From NCBI GenBank assembly GCA_963422645.2, contig CAXXVO010000014.1:288001-352000 (forward strand): DNA of 64,000 nucleotides, given 5' to 3'. The notes under the pieces are model-generated. The model searched no databases. It was not told the DNA's origin and worked only from the letters and a program-made list of their open reading frames with translations. Positions 1 to 9,810 of this stretch are shown in pieces; the stretch's first letter is position 1, and the number at the start of each line of letters is the position of its first letter. The DNA is from Alphaproteobacteria bacterium. Lineage in GTDB: Bacteria > Pseudomonadota > Alphaproteobacteria > UBA828. Both the position numbers and the translations under genes were made by a program.

Positions 1-217
1 CGGACTCGAACGAGTAGCTCGCCTTGTGGTCGTTCTCCTGGCCGAGGCCGAAATAGCCTTCCACCTGTGTCTTGCTGTGCGTGCCGTGGAGCCACTCGTT
101 GGTGACCCGCCACTTGAACTGGCCTGCTTCGGGCTGGTCGCCCAGGATGTTGCGGGCGCCGAGCAGATGCTCGACGTTGACGCCGTTAAGGCCGGGGGGT
201 GTGCTGGTGTCGGACAT
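1..217 (-). CDS. OsmC-like family protein (5' part, runs off window)
   Basis: Manual translation MSDTSTPPGLNGVNVEHLLGARNILGDQPEAGQFKWRVTNEWLHGTHSKTQVEGYFGLGQE resembles OsmC-like N-termini; AGGAG RBS upstream. Confidence 0.7.
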   Translation of the reverse strand, partial: MSDTSTPPGLNGVNVEHLLGARNILGDQPEAGQFKWRVTNEWLHGTHSKTQVEGYFGLGQENDHKASYSFES

Positions 218-344
218 GTGACTTCTCCTGTTGAGCATGGTTGTCGGGCGTTGGTACCGCTCCTCTCGGCGGCGGTGCCAGAGGCTTCGAGGACCGCGAG
301 GCCCCCATCGGTCTCACCCGGTGGGATCGGCTACGAGAGGTAGC

Positions 345-410
345 CTAGGTACAGAGGCAGCAGGACGCGGCCCCCGGAGGGGCGAATGGTTGGGCACACA
401 GAGTCATCAT
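345..410 (-). CDS. putative Cys-rich leader peptide MMTLCAQPFAPPGAASCCLCT
   Basis: 21-aa ORF with GAGAGGAG RBS 9 nt upstream, between the riboswitch and the OsmC-like gene. Confidence 0.35.
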   Translation of the reverse strand: MMTLCAQPFAPPGAASCCLCT

Positions 411-478
411 CCGGCGGTACTCCTCTCGTCTCCTACGCGCTCTACGAGCGCCGTGAGCGGAGCTCCGCCTCCGGCTAA

Positions 479-557
479 CTCATCGATCAGGCATTGGCAC
501 CGCTCTCGGCGGTTGCCGCGGCTTCGAAGGGCCTGTCCCTCCACCGCTCTGGATGAG
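479..557 (-). ncRNA. SAM-I clan (S-box-like) riboswitch aptamer
   Basis: Minus strand CTCATCCAGAGCGGTGGAGGGACAGGCCCTTCGAAGCCGCGGCAACC...GGTGCCAATGCCTGATCGATGAG: P1 CTCATC/GATGAG, GAGGGA kink-turn region, GGCAACC and GGTGCCAA SAM-I hallmarks. Confidence 0.8.
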
Positions 558-643
558 CGCGTCCTGTGCGCGGATGGAAACACAATCCGATCGGGGAGGT
601 CAACAAATTGTCGCCGCGGCGGCGCACCGCCGCGCGGGGCGTC

Positions 644-1849
644 TCAGGCCCCCGCCTTGGCCACGGCTGGCTGCGGCGCACCGGCTCCGCCGCTCGGCAG
701 CCAGAAGGCGATGATGCCCACCAGCGCCGCCGAGCCGCCCAGTCCCACGAAGAGCCAGAGGAAGCCGCCGGAGACACCGTGGAGGCCCGCGACCAGCGGT
801 GCCGCCACCGCGCTCGCGCCAAGGCCCAGCAGGAACTTGACGCCGAAGATCCGCGCCCGCCAGCTTTCCGCCGTGTAGCGCGTGACCAGCGCGTCCTGAA
901 TCGGAATCTCGCCCACCACCACCATCATCATGGCCAGGGCGACAATGATCAGTCCGTGTCCCGCGAGCACGCCGGCGGCGGCGATCAGCGGCGCCTGGGC
1001 GAAGAGCACCGCGATCCAGACCGGCTTCGCCGGGTAGCGGTCGATCAGCCAGCCGACCCCGATCTGGGCGAAGGCGGCGATGGCGATGACGACCGAGACC
1101 AGCCCGCCGATACCGAGGGCGCTGTCGGTGATGCCGGTGAGCCCGTCGTCGAAGAGCTTGGGGAGCGCGATGGTCGTGGTCTGGAAGGTGAGCCCGGTGA
1201 GCGTCGTCGCAATGCCGATCACCAGCACCAGCCGCAGCAGGGTGCCCGAGGGCTGGCCCCATCGCCCACCCACGGTGGGGCGGGAGGGCGCCGCGTCGAT
1301 GTTGCGCCATTGCCGGCAGACCGCGATGAACCAGAGCCCGACGACCAGCGAGACCGCGCCCGGCACCATGAAGGCCGCGCGCCAGCTGATCGCATCGCTC
1401 AGCGCCGCCGCGACGATCGCCGCCGCCGCAAGCCCGAAGTTCCCGGCGACCCCGTTGATGCCGAGCAGCTTGCCGACCTTCTCCCGCCCCTCGACCAGCA
1501 TGGCGATGCCGACGGGATGATAGATCGAGGCGAAGAGGCCGATCAGTGTGAGCCCGCCCGCCAGCTCGAAGGGCGTGCGCGCGAACCCGGTGAGGATGGA
1601 CGCGGCCCCGATGCCGACGAAGAAGATCGCGAGCATCGCGGGCCGGCTCCAGCGGTCCCCGAGCCAGCCCGCCGGCAGTGTGCCTGCGGCGAAGGCGATG
1701 AAGCCGGGCACCGCGAGTGAAAGAAGCTCGCCGTAGGAGCGGTCGAACACCCCTTCGAGAGTGAGCACCACCGTCGGGTAGAGCAGCAGGAAGAGGTGGT
1801 CGAGCCCGTGCCCAACGTTGATGAAGAGAATGCGGGAGCGGTCCGACAT
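644..1849 (-). CDS. MFS transporter
   Basis: 401 aa, ~12 hydrophobic segments, GWLGDRWSR and GWLIDRY MFS motifs. Confidence 0.9.
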   Translation of the reverse strand: MSDRSRILFINVGHGLDHLFLLLYPTVVLTLEGVFDRSYGELLSLAVPGFIAFAAGTLPAGWLGDRWSRPAMLAIFFVGIGAASILTGFARTPFELAGGLTLIGLFASIYHPVGIAMLVEGREKVGKLLGINGVAGNFGLAAAAIVAAALSDAISWRAAFMVPGAVSLVVGLWFIAVCRQWRNIDAAPSRPTVGGRWGQPSGTLLRLVLVIGIATTLTGLTFQTTTIALPKLFDDGLTGITDSALGIGGLVSVVIAIAAFAQIGVGWLIDRYPAKPVWIAVLFAQAPLIAAAGVLAGHGLIIVALAMMMVVVGEIPIQDALVTRYTAESWRARIFGVKFLLGLGASAVAAPLVAGLHGVSGGFLWLFVGLGGSAALVGIIAFWLPSGGAGAPQPAVAKAGA

Positions 1850-1960
1850 CGCGTCCTCAGCCGCAGGGCACCGGCGAGACTCCCCCGGCGGGACTCACCC
1901 CTGGCCGGTCGTCCGGTGCCGGGGGCCGGGCCGCACCCGCGACGCGGGACGGGCACGCTA

Positions 1961-2034
1961 TGGAGCGGGTGAAGGGAATCGAACCCTCGTCGTAAGCTTG
2001 GGAAGCTTCTGCTCTACCATTGAGCTACACCCGC
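1961..2034 (-). tRNA. tRNA-Gly (CCC)
   Basis: GCGGGTGTAGCTCAATGGTAGAGCAGAAGCTTCCCAAGCTTACGACGAGGGTTCGATTCCCTTCACCCGCTCCA; cloverleaf, CCC anticodon, CCA end. Confidence 0.97.
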
Positions 2035-2100
2035 CCACCTCGCGAGGATAGGGGCCCCACACGCCCCCGGCAAGCAAGTCGGCCGCCGAGCCCGGGTGCG

Positions 2101-2709
2101 TCATCGCCGCGCCCTCGGCGTCCTGTTCCTGTGGGCGATGCGTCCCTCCTTTTGGGATAGCGCCTCTTCGATCAGCTCCTCCCTCGAGTGCAGGAGATCG
2201 CCTGCGGGCAGCCCCACGGAGTCCAGCAAGCGGTCCATGGCGTCGTCGTGGGGCTCGAGTGCGCCGTCCGCGAGGATGTGGGTCACGGTGACGCCGCGCT
2301 CGGCGAGGCTGCGGCCGACCAGCAGCGTTCGGTGGCAGTCGAGCGGCTCCCTCTCCGCGCACATCAGGGCAAGGCGCTCGACCTCTGCCCTCTCCACCAC
2401 CTGATCGATCCCCTCGCGGTAGAGCGGCGTTCGTGCCAGGCGGTCGTAGCGCACGCGCCCCTTCTCGTAGCACGAGCGATCTTCGGGGCGCCCACCGAGC
2501 GCGTGCCCCATGAAGAGATACGCGATGTTGTGCGCTTGCAGCGCGGCGTCGAGGGACTTGCGGTTGAAGTGCGGATTGAAGCGGCTGTAGGGCGCCGAGC
2601 GGACGTCGGCGAGTGTCGTCACATCGTGTTGCCGAAGCAGCGAGACGAAGGTCTCCAGCGGGTGGTTGGAATGCCCGACGGTCAGAACGCGCGTCTCAAT
2701 CACGGTCAT
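2101..2709 (-). CDS. DUF488 family protein
   Basis: TVGHSNH, LADVRSAPYSR, LGGRP, LMCAEREPLDCHR motifs; start taken at MTVIET. Confidence 0.85.
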   Translation of the reverse strand: MTVIETRVLTVGHSNHPLETFVSLLRQHDVTTLADVRSAPYSRFNPHFNRKSLDAALQAHNIAYLFMGHALGGRPEDRSCYEKGRVRYDRLARTPLYREGIDQVVERAEVERLALMCAEREPLDCHRTLLVGRSLAERGVTVTHILADGALEPHDDAMDRLLDSVGLPAGDLLHSREELIEEALSQKEGRIAHRNRTPRARR

Positions 2710-2822
2710 GGGGCCATTCCACCGTCGGGCCGGTCGATGCCCTGTTTCGGGCGATGGCGTTTCGCGTGGGCATGTGGTGAGGTGCGCCCAGCACCGCAAC
2801 ACAGGGCTGAAGGAGGGGAACG

Positions 2823-3248
2823 ATGACACAGGACGCCACGGCGGAAGGCTTGGAGGCTGCCTTCCACGCATGGGCGCGCGGGCTCAACGAGGGCGACCTC
2901 GACGCCTTCTGGAGCGCCTTCGACGACGGCGCCGAGATTCTGGACGAGGACTACCCCTGGCGGATGACGCTGGAGGAGTTCAAGGACCATATCGATTTCC
3001 ACGCCGGCGGCGAGGGGATGTGGGAGCACTTCAAGTGGATCCCGCGGGAGCTGAACGTCAAGGTCTGGGGCACCACGGGCCATGTCAGCGGTTTCTCGAC
3101 CTTCCGCGGCAAGCCGCGCGACGCCGGCTTCCGGCAGCGCTTCATGGGTTTCACCCAGACCTGGTACCACAAGGACGGCAAGTGGCTTCAGGTCTGCTGG
3201 CATCAGAGCCCCTTGCTCGGTCGCATCCACGGCGCATCGCCTAGCTGA
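2823..3248 (+). CDS. SnoaL/NTF2-like (DUF4440) protein
   Basis: 141 aa, GDLDAF N-terminal helix and C-terminal DGKWLQVCWHQS; GGAGG RBS. Confidence 0.75.
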   Translation: MTQDATAEGLEAAFHAWARGLNEGDLDAFWSAFDDGAEILDEDYPWRMTLEEFKDHIDFHAGGEGMWEHFKWIPRELNVKVWGTTGHVSGFSTFRGKPRDAGFRQRFMGFTQTWYHKDGKWLQVCWHQSPLLGRIHGASPS

Positions 3249-3320
3249 CCGCCGCGACCAGCCTGCGTTAGCCAAGGCGGTCGCCGACCGCTGCCGCCCG
3301 GCCTTCGTGGCCTGACGCCG

Positions 3321-5219
3321 TCACGCATCGTCGCGGGCCCGCTCGCGCGCGGCCAAGGCCCACGGTGCGAACTCGGGCGGACGCGGCGCGGGGAGGCCTG
3401 TCTCCTCCTCGCAGCGGGCCACGATCTCCTCGATGTCGCCGCCCATGTCGAAGAGATCGGGGGTGCCCCGCTCCAGCTGCATGCTCTCACGCAGCGCCCG
3501 CGTGGCTTCTTCGTCGACGGCAAAGTCCTCGTCCACGACCACGCCGTAACGTCGAGCGCCTGCGATCGTGACGAGGCCGGCTGCCGCGTCGAATGCGACT
3601 TGCTCGACCGGACGCTCCAGCGGATCGCCCCAGCCACCGCCGCCCCACGTGCAGTAGTGCACGACATCCCCCGGCTCGACCCGCACGCGATCGCACTTCG
3701 AGGGAAGAACCTCGATCCTTCCATCCCTGCGCTCGACGTATTTCCGGCTTCGCGCGCCCGGCAGCCCGCCCCTCACGCCCCACGGGTACGAGAGCCAGCG
3801 ATCGTCATGGATTGAAACGTCGCCGGCATTGAGGGTGCGATAGGCGGTGTGCACGCCGTTGCCGCCGCGGTGCAGCCCGGGGCCTCCCGAATCGGGGATC
3901 ACCTCGTGGGCGTCCATGCGCAGCGGGCAAATCGCTTCGAGATACTCGCAGGGCACATTCGTGAAATCCGGCCACATGCCGTGGCCATCGGCGCCATCGC
4001 CCGAGGGCGCGGCGGCGATGCCGCCGAACGCGATGTGGAAGAGCTGGAACCACTCGCCGCGCGAATCGTATCCCGAATAGAGGAAATGCGGGCTCGCCGA
4101 GAATCCGGCCGCGCACATGTAGTCGGGGTTGCTCTGCCCGAAGAGCCCGGCGAGCACATCCATGCAGCGCGCCAGACCGTGCGTTCTGCAGGAGAGCGCC
4201 GCAGGCCTGATGGGCTTGTAGAGCGTGCCTTCGGGAATGCGCACATCCATCAGATCGTAAAAGCCGTCGTTGAAAAGAATCTGAGGGTCCGCGAGCATGA
4301 TGAGGAAAACGCCGCAATGCATCTTGGTCATTTCTTCGTTGCAATAGAAATTAATCGAGCTCTGCGACTGCGGATCGGTTCCCTCGAAATCGATGATCAA
4401 CTTGTCGTCTTCGCGCCACATGGTGCAGGCGATCTTGTAGGGGCCCATGCCGACGCCGTCGTCGTCCAAGTAATCCTCGAAGTACTGCTTTTCCTCTGAG
4501 ATGCCCGTCAGGATGATGTGGCGCATCGCCCGGCGCGTTCGCTCCAGCAGCTCCTCCAATGCGGAATAATAGATGTCGTCGCCGAAGCGGTCGGAGAGTT
4601 CGATGACGCGTATCGCCGCGAGACGACAGCCTGCGATTAACGCGTCAAGATCGCTCCGGTTCCAGTGCGGCATGCGGCAGTTGCGCAGGATGAGCTGCAG
4701 AATTTCTTCCTGACGCTCACCGCGCCGATAGATCTTGGTCGGCGGGATGATGATGCCCTCTTCGAAAATCTGCTGCGCATCCGTCGGCATGCTGCCGGGG
4801 ACGCGGCCTCCCGTATCGGTCATGTGGCCGAACATCGCGGCCCAGCCGATCACCCGGCCCTTCTTGAAGATTGGCAGCAATACCAGCCAATCGGGCGTGT
4901 GGCTGATGGCGCCGTCGCAGGAATAGGGATCGTTGGTGAGAAAGACGTCGCCCTCGTGAATCTCTCCTTCGTAGGAATTGAGGAACACGTTGATGAAGGC
5001 GCCGAACTGACCGACCACCATCTTGCCGTCGCGGTTTGCGATCAGGGGAAACTCGTCGTGCTGCTCACGGATACCGGGCGACATGGCGGTGCGGAAGAGA
5101 ACGGCATCCATCTCGTGACGCGCGTTGCGCAGCGCGTTCTCGATGATGTCGAGATCGACCGGATCGACGTCGACCCGGCGAAAGGGTGTGTGACTGCTCT
5201 CGATGACGGTTGCCGCCAT
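3321..5219 (-). CDS. hydantoinase B / oxoprolinase family protein
   Basis: SPGIREQHD, NDPY, HMTDTGGRVPGS, GGGGWGDPLER motifs. Confidence 0.92.
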   Translation of the reverse strand: MAATVIESSHTPFRRVDVDPVDLDIIENALRNARHEMDAVLFRTAMSPGIREQHDEFPLIANRDGKMVVGQFGAFINVFLNSYEGEIHEGDVFLTNDPYSCDGAISHTPDWLVLLPIFKKGRVIGWAAMFGHMTDTGGRVPGSMPTDAQQIFEEGIIIPPTKIYRRGERQEEILQLILRNCRMPHWNRSDLDALIAGCRLAAIRVIELSDRFGDDIYYSALEELLERTRRAMRHIILTGISEEKQYFEDYLDDDGVGMGPYKIACTMWREDDKLIIDFEGTDPQSQSSINFYCNEEMTKMHCGVFLIMLADPQILFNDGFYDLMDVRIPEGTLYKPIRPAALSCRTHGLARCMDVLAGLFGQSNPDYMCAAGFSASPHFLYSGYDSRGEWFQLFHIAFGGIAAAPSGDGADGHGMWPDFTNVPCEYLEAICPLRMDAHEVIPDSGGPGLHRGGNGVHTAYRTLNAGDVSIHDDRWLSYPWGVRGGLPGARSRKYVERRDGRIEVLPSKCDRVRVEPGDVVHYCTWGGGGWGDPLERPVEQVAFDAAAGLVTIAGARRYGVVVDEDFAVDEEATRALRESMQLERGTPDLFDMGGDIEEIVARCEEETGLPAPRPPEFAPWALAARERARDDA

Positions 5220-5232
5220 GGTCGTCCCTCGC

Positions 5233-7292
5233 TCACGCCGCCCGCGGGCGAATCAGAATGTTCCCGATTTCGTCGATTTCACCATCATGGCCCGGCAACA
5301 GGACCGTGGTGGAATCGAGCTGCATCACGATCGCCGGGCCCTCGAGGACATTGCCTGCCACGAGCTTGGCGCGGTCGTAGACCGGCACGTCGCGATGGGC
5401 ACTCTCTCGACGTAGACGGTCTGGCTTCCCACCCGAGCGGCGGAGGCGTCGCGCGTGCCGGGCGCCATGCGCGGTGCGCGAAGGGGCGTCTCCTTGCCTT
5501 GCACGATGGCGCGCAGGTTGATGATCTCCCGGTCCATGTCGAGCGCGAAGGTGTAGAGACGTTCGTGTAGCGCATCGAATTCCTTTTCGATGCAATCGAG
5601 ACCGCGTCGGCGGAGGTCCTCCATCTCCACAATCACCGTCAGATGAAGGACCTGACCTGCATAGCGGATGTCGATCTCGAAGTGTGCAGATTGATCGGAG
5701 CGGGGGATACCCTCGGCATCGAGGGACTTCGAGGCCTGTTCCGCGAGCTCCTCCAGAATCGCCAGGACGTCAGCATGACTGGTCTCCGAGAACCGCCGCA
5801 TGAGGCTGCGCGATGCTTCGTCCCTGGTTCGAGTCGTCGCGTCACCATAGGCGCAGAGCACGCCGGGACTCGGCGGCACGATCACCGGCCAGCACCCGAG
5901 TATTCGCGCCAACGCGTTGGCATGCATCGGGCCTGCGCCGCCGAACGCGACCAGCGCAAAATCACGCGGATCGAAGCCCTGCTGCACGGATACGAGGCGC
6001 AGCGCGCCGATCATGGTCTCGTTGACGATGTCGTAGATGCCCGCGGCGGCGCGCTCCGTCGAGAAACCCAATGCGCTCGCAATCTTGCCGACTGCGTCCG
6101 CCGACTTTTCCCGGTCGAGTGCGAGGTCGCCGCCGAGCAGCGACGCTTCGGGCAAATGGCCGAGGACGATATTCGCGTCGGTCACGGTCGGCTCCATGCC
6201 TCCCTTGCCGTAGCCCGCCGGGCCAGGATCTGCGCCGGCGCTCTCCGGCCCCACGCGAAGCGCCTTCGTCAGCGCGGGCACATGCGCAATCGAGCCGCCG
6301 CCCGCACCGACCGAGCGCACGTCGACCGACGAGGCGCGCACGGTGAGATCGCCGACCGTCGTCTCGCGCCGGATTTGCGCGACACCGTCCCTGACGAGGC
6401 ACACGTCCGTCGAGGTGCCCCCCATGTCGAAGGTGAGAAGGTTGTCGAAACCGGCTTGCCGCGCGATCCAGAGCGCGCCGGTGACGCCGCCGGCGGGTCC
6501 GCTCATCAGCAGATTGACAGGAACCGTCTCGGCGCCCACCGGCGAGGTCAGGCCTCCGTCGGAGCGCAAGATGTGCAGATTGACGTCACCGGATATCGTG
6601 CCCAGCTCCCGGTTAAGGTTGCGGACGTAACGTGACACGATCGGACGAACGTACGAGTTGCATACCGTCGTTATCGTGCGTTCGTACTCCTGCATTTCGG
6701 GAATCACTTGGGAGGAGAGCGAGATTGGAATCCCGGGTAGCTCGTCTGCTGCTATGCGGCCGGCAGCCTTCTCATGCGAGTCATTGGTGTAAGAATTGAT
6801 CAGCGAAATGGTCAGTGCGTCGATCCCATTTTTCTTTAGCGATCGCAGTGATTCGCGCAGAGAGTCTTCGTCGAGTGTCTCGATGACTTCGCCTCTGGCG
6901 TCGATTCGCTCATGCGCTTCCACCGTTAGCGCCAGGGGCGCAAGAGGCGGTGTCTTGTTGAAGATAACCCAGGCGCCGAGACCGCCGGGGACGAAGGAGC
7001 GAGCGATTTGCAGGACATGCCGATAGCCCTTCGTCGTGACCAGGCCCACGCGCGCGCCCCTGCCGGTCAGGATCGCGTTGGTCGCGACCGTCGTACCGTG
7101 CATGACGTTCTGAATCGCGCTGGGCCCGATGTTGGCCAACTCGCAAACGCGGGCGATCCCATGCAGCACGCCAATCGATGAGTCTGCTGGGGTGGACGGG
7201 ACCTTGGCGACGTGAAAGCTGCTGTCCGCTTCGTTGATCAGGAGCACGTCCGTGAAGGTGCCTCCCACGTCGACTCCCAGCCGATAGGCCAT
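5233..7292 (-). pseudogene. hydantoinase A / oxoprolinase family protein with a frameshift near 5400 (may be sequencing error)
   Basis: MAYRLGVDVGGTFTD, HGTTVATN, SGPAGG, DMGGTSTD; the C-terminal GPAIVMQLDSTT segment continues in another frame (ORF 5233..5595). Confidence 0.8.
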
Positions 7293-7517
7293 CGTCCCCT
7301 CACCTCGGTTGGTAACGGTCATTTCCCGTTCAGCCCGCCGGGCGCAAAGGCTACTTCCACCAGCGCCGCCGCACCAAGGGCTTTCCTGCCTCGCCGTTGC
7401 ATGAGCCGGGATCGGGATTGTTCTGCGAAAGGGGTCGCTCGCGCCGAGCCCCAATCCGGATTGGCTCGTCGCGAAAAGATGTTGCGCGATATTTCTAATT
7501 CATCGCGCGAGATAGAT

Positions 7518-7592
7518 TCAGACTTCCTGACCTCTGCTGATTTTAGGTGACACGAGCCGCGCGGATTCCGAGGCCCCGTCGATGTCGTAGAC
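7518..7592 (-). mobile_element. 75-bp right-end remnant of the unclassified IS (786-aa transposase)
   Basis: Identical to the reverse complement of the last 75 bp of 49956..52471, starting TCAGACTTCCTGACCTC. Confidence 0.9.
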
Positions 7593-8084
7593 CTCGGCGC
7601 CCAGCGCCGGGGCGAGAGCCTGTTCTGGGCCTGCCCCAGCGCCGAGGGATGGACCCGCGGCACGCTCGCCGGCGCGGCCCTCGACTTCTCCTGGGCCGAT
7701 CCCGCCACCGGCGCCGCCGACTACGCCTGGCGCGGCCTCGCCACCTGGGACGCCTGGACCGGATGGGCGCTCCCCGGCGCGGGCTGGACGGCGGAGCCCA
7801 CCGTCTACACCTCCATGCCGGCGGCCCTCGGCCAGGACGGCGTCGTCTCGCTACTGACCTGGGAGTCCGATTCCCCTGTCCAGCCGACGGTGCGCGTGCG
7901 CGCCGCCGACTACCGCGACGACCTCGACGACGCCGCCTGGACCGGCTACGCCGCCGGCGACGCGATTACCGGTCGCGTGGTCCAGGTCGAGTGGACCTGG
8001 ACCTGGGAACGGGGGCAGATTCCCACCGTCAAGTACCTCTGCTTCGGCCTCGCCCGCGCCCATATCGCCGCGCCGGCGAGCTGA
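7593..8084 (+). pseudogene. 3' fragment of a Trp-rich, probable phage tail protein
   Basis: Open frame from the IS junction to the stop at 8084; WDAWTGW-type content; directly upstream of a tail-fibre-like gene. Confidence 0.45.
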
Positions 8085-8105
8085 GTGGGCGCGAAAGGAA
8101 ACCCA

Positions 8106-8801
8106 ATGACCGCATGGCCCACCCGGAAGATCGACACCACCCACCTCGACCAGGACAGCGATTCGCCCGCCCACGCCCGGGCCGCCATCAAGGCCATGGC
8201 CGACACAATCAACGCCATGATCGACGCCTTCGGCGATCCGAACGGCGTCGCCACCCTCGACGGCTCCGGCCTGCACCCCTTCCGCCAGATGCGGGGCGAG
8301 GTATTCACCGCCGCCGAGCGCACGCGGCTGGCCAACCTCAGCGAGCGCACGGCGCCGCCGCGTCCCGGGCCCGAGCCGGCGCCCCGGCCCACGCCGCGCG
8401 GGCGCAAGACCTTCACCGCGCCCGGCTCCGGGCACTGGCGCGCGCCCACGGGCGTGACCCGCGTGCGCGTGCAGTTGCGGGGCGGCGACGGCGGCGGCGC
8501 CGGCTTCATCTACTTCGAGATCGCGGTCTCGCCGGGCACCTCCTACAGCTTGACCGTGGGAGACAACGGCGTGGACGGAGCGCGATTGAGGGACGGCGGC
8601 GACGGCAGCAACACCGCCGTCCTCGGCGGCACGGCGCGCGGCGGCAAGGGCGGCAAGAGAGCGTATGGCCGACGCAACGGCGCAGACGGCGCAGACGGAA
8701 CCGCCTCCGCCCCCGCCGGCGCAAGCGGCGTCAGCCGACACACCCAGCTCACCGTGCCCTCCCCGGTCTCCGCCGGCTATATCGTCATCGAGTGGGGCTG
8801 A
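8106..8801 (+). CDS. phage tail-fibre-like glycine-rich protein
   Basis: MTAWPTRKIDTTHLDQDSDSPAHAR...NGVATLDGSG N-terminus and TFTAPGSG...VTRVRVQLRGGDGGG...VSPGTSYSLTVG Gly-rich domain; AAAGGAA RBS. Confidence 0.7.
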   Translation: MTAWPTRKIDTTHLDQDSDSPAHARAAIKAMADTINAMIDAFGDPNGVATLDGSGLHPFRQMRGEVFTAAERTRLANLSERTAPPRPGPEPAPRPTPRGRKTFTAPGSGHWRAPTGVTRVRVQLRGGDGGGAGFIYFEIAVSPGTSYSLTVGDNGVDGARLRDGGDGSNTAVLGGTARGGKGGKRAYGRRNGADGADGTASAPAGASGVSRHTQLTVPSPVSAGYIVIEWG

Positions 8802-8806
8802 TCGCG

Positions 8807-9688
8807 ATGCGCCGCACCCTCGTCCCCGCAGGCGGCGGCATCGACAGCACCGCCCTCGCCCTCCTCGTCCTGCGCGAGACCGAAGACGAGGTCGTCCTCT
8901 CCTGCTACCGCGAGCCCGCCCGCGAGCTGCCGGAGCGCATCGCCCGCGGGCAGGCCGCAAGCGAGGCCGTCGCAGACTGGCTCTCCCGCAACGTCCGGCC
9001 CGTGCGCCACGTGTCGCGCGACGCCCTGCGCCTCGACCTCGACGCCGGCGCCGAATACCCGATCAGGGACGGGAGAGGGTGGGAGGGCGTCTGCGACCCC
9101 ACATTCGGCCCCTGGGGCCTCGACCGGTACGCAACCCACGCCGACGAGGCCGAGCGCCACCGCGCCGACCGGGTGATGCTCGGCATCACCTCGTGGGACA
9201 CCGCCGACGACATGCACCGCATGTACTGGCATCCGGCCTACCGCGCGCGCACCGCCGTCCCCATGGAACTCCCCTTCTTCCCCGGCTGGGAGGACGGCGC
9301 GCAGTGGCCGCCGTCGCGGGACGACCCCTTCGGACCCGTCGCCGGGCGCTTCATGCTCCAGGCCCTGCTCCCGCCCGGGCTGGAGGCGCTCACCTGGCGA
9401 TGCACCGTCGCGGTGAGCGCGCGCGGACGCTGCCCCCGATGCCGCCTCAACGCCTTCTTCGAGCGCTTCTGCCGGGGACGCCCGGCGGACCAGGTCGCCC
9501 GCATCGACGACGCCCTCGAGCGACACCGCGGCGCAGGCCGGTGGTACGCCGACGCCGACCCCGGAAGATGGACCGGTCACGACGGATACGACGCCGCAGA
9601 ACGCGCCGTCGAAGACCCCGAATGGTGGAAGGCCGAACTCGAACGCCCGTGCCGCCCCGGCGCCCGCCCCGGTCCCGACCGCGCCTGA
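8807..9688 (+). CDS. QueC-like PP-loop ATPase
   Basis: 293 aa; N-terminal PAGGGIDST PP-loop; C-terminal TWRC-x8-CPRC resembling the QueC Zn site. Confidence 0.65.
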   Translation: MRRTLVPAGGGIDSTALALLVLRETEDEVVLSCYREPARELPERIARGQAASEAVADWLSRNVRPVRHVSRDALRLDLDAGAEYPIRDGRGWEGVCDPTFGPWGLDRYATHADEAERHRADRVMLGITSWDTADDMHRMYWHPAYRARTAVPMELPFFPGWEDGAQWPPSRDDPFGPVAGRFMLQALLPPGLEALTWRCTVAVSARGRCPRCRLNAFFERFCRGRPADQVARIDDALERHRGAGRWYADADPGRWTGHDGYDAAERAVEDPEWWKAELERPCRPGARPGPDRA

Positions 9689-9810
9689 AACCCCCACGCA
9701 CCGCCCGTGCACGGGCCCCGAAACCCCCGCGCAGCGCTCCTTCATGGCCCATGCACAGGCCGGTTTTTCCAGCCCGGTTCAGCCCCGAAAACCAGCCGAT
9801 TTTCCAGGCC

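Noticed and set aside
1961-2709. tRNA-Gly as an island integration site with DUF488 as defence cargo
   Set aside because: No duplicated tRNA-Gly 3' end or integrase nearby; DUF488 lies on the 5' side of the tRNA and is alone
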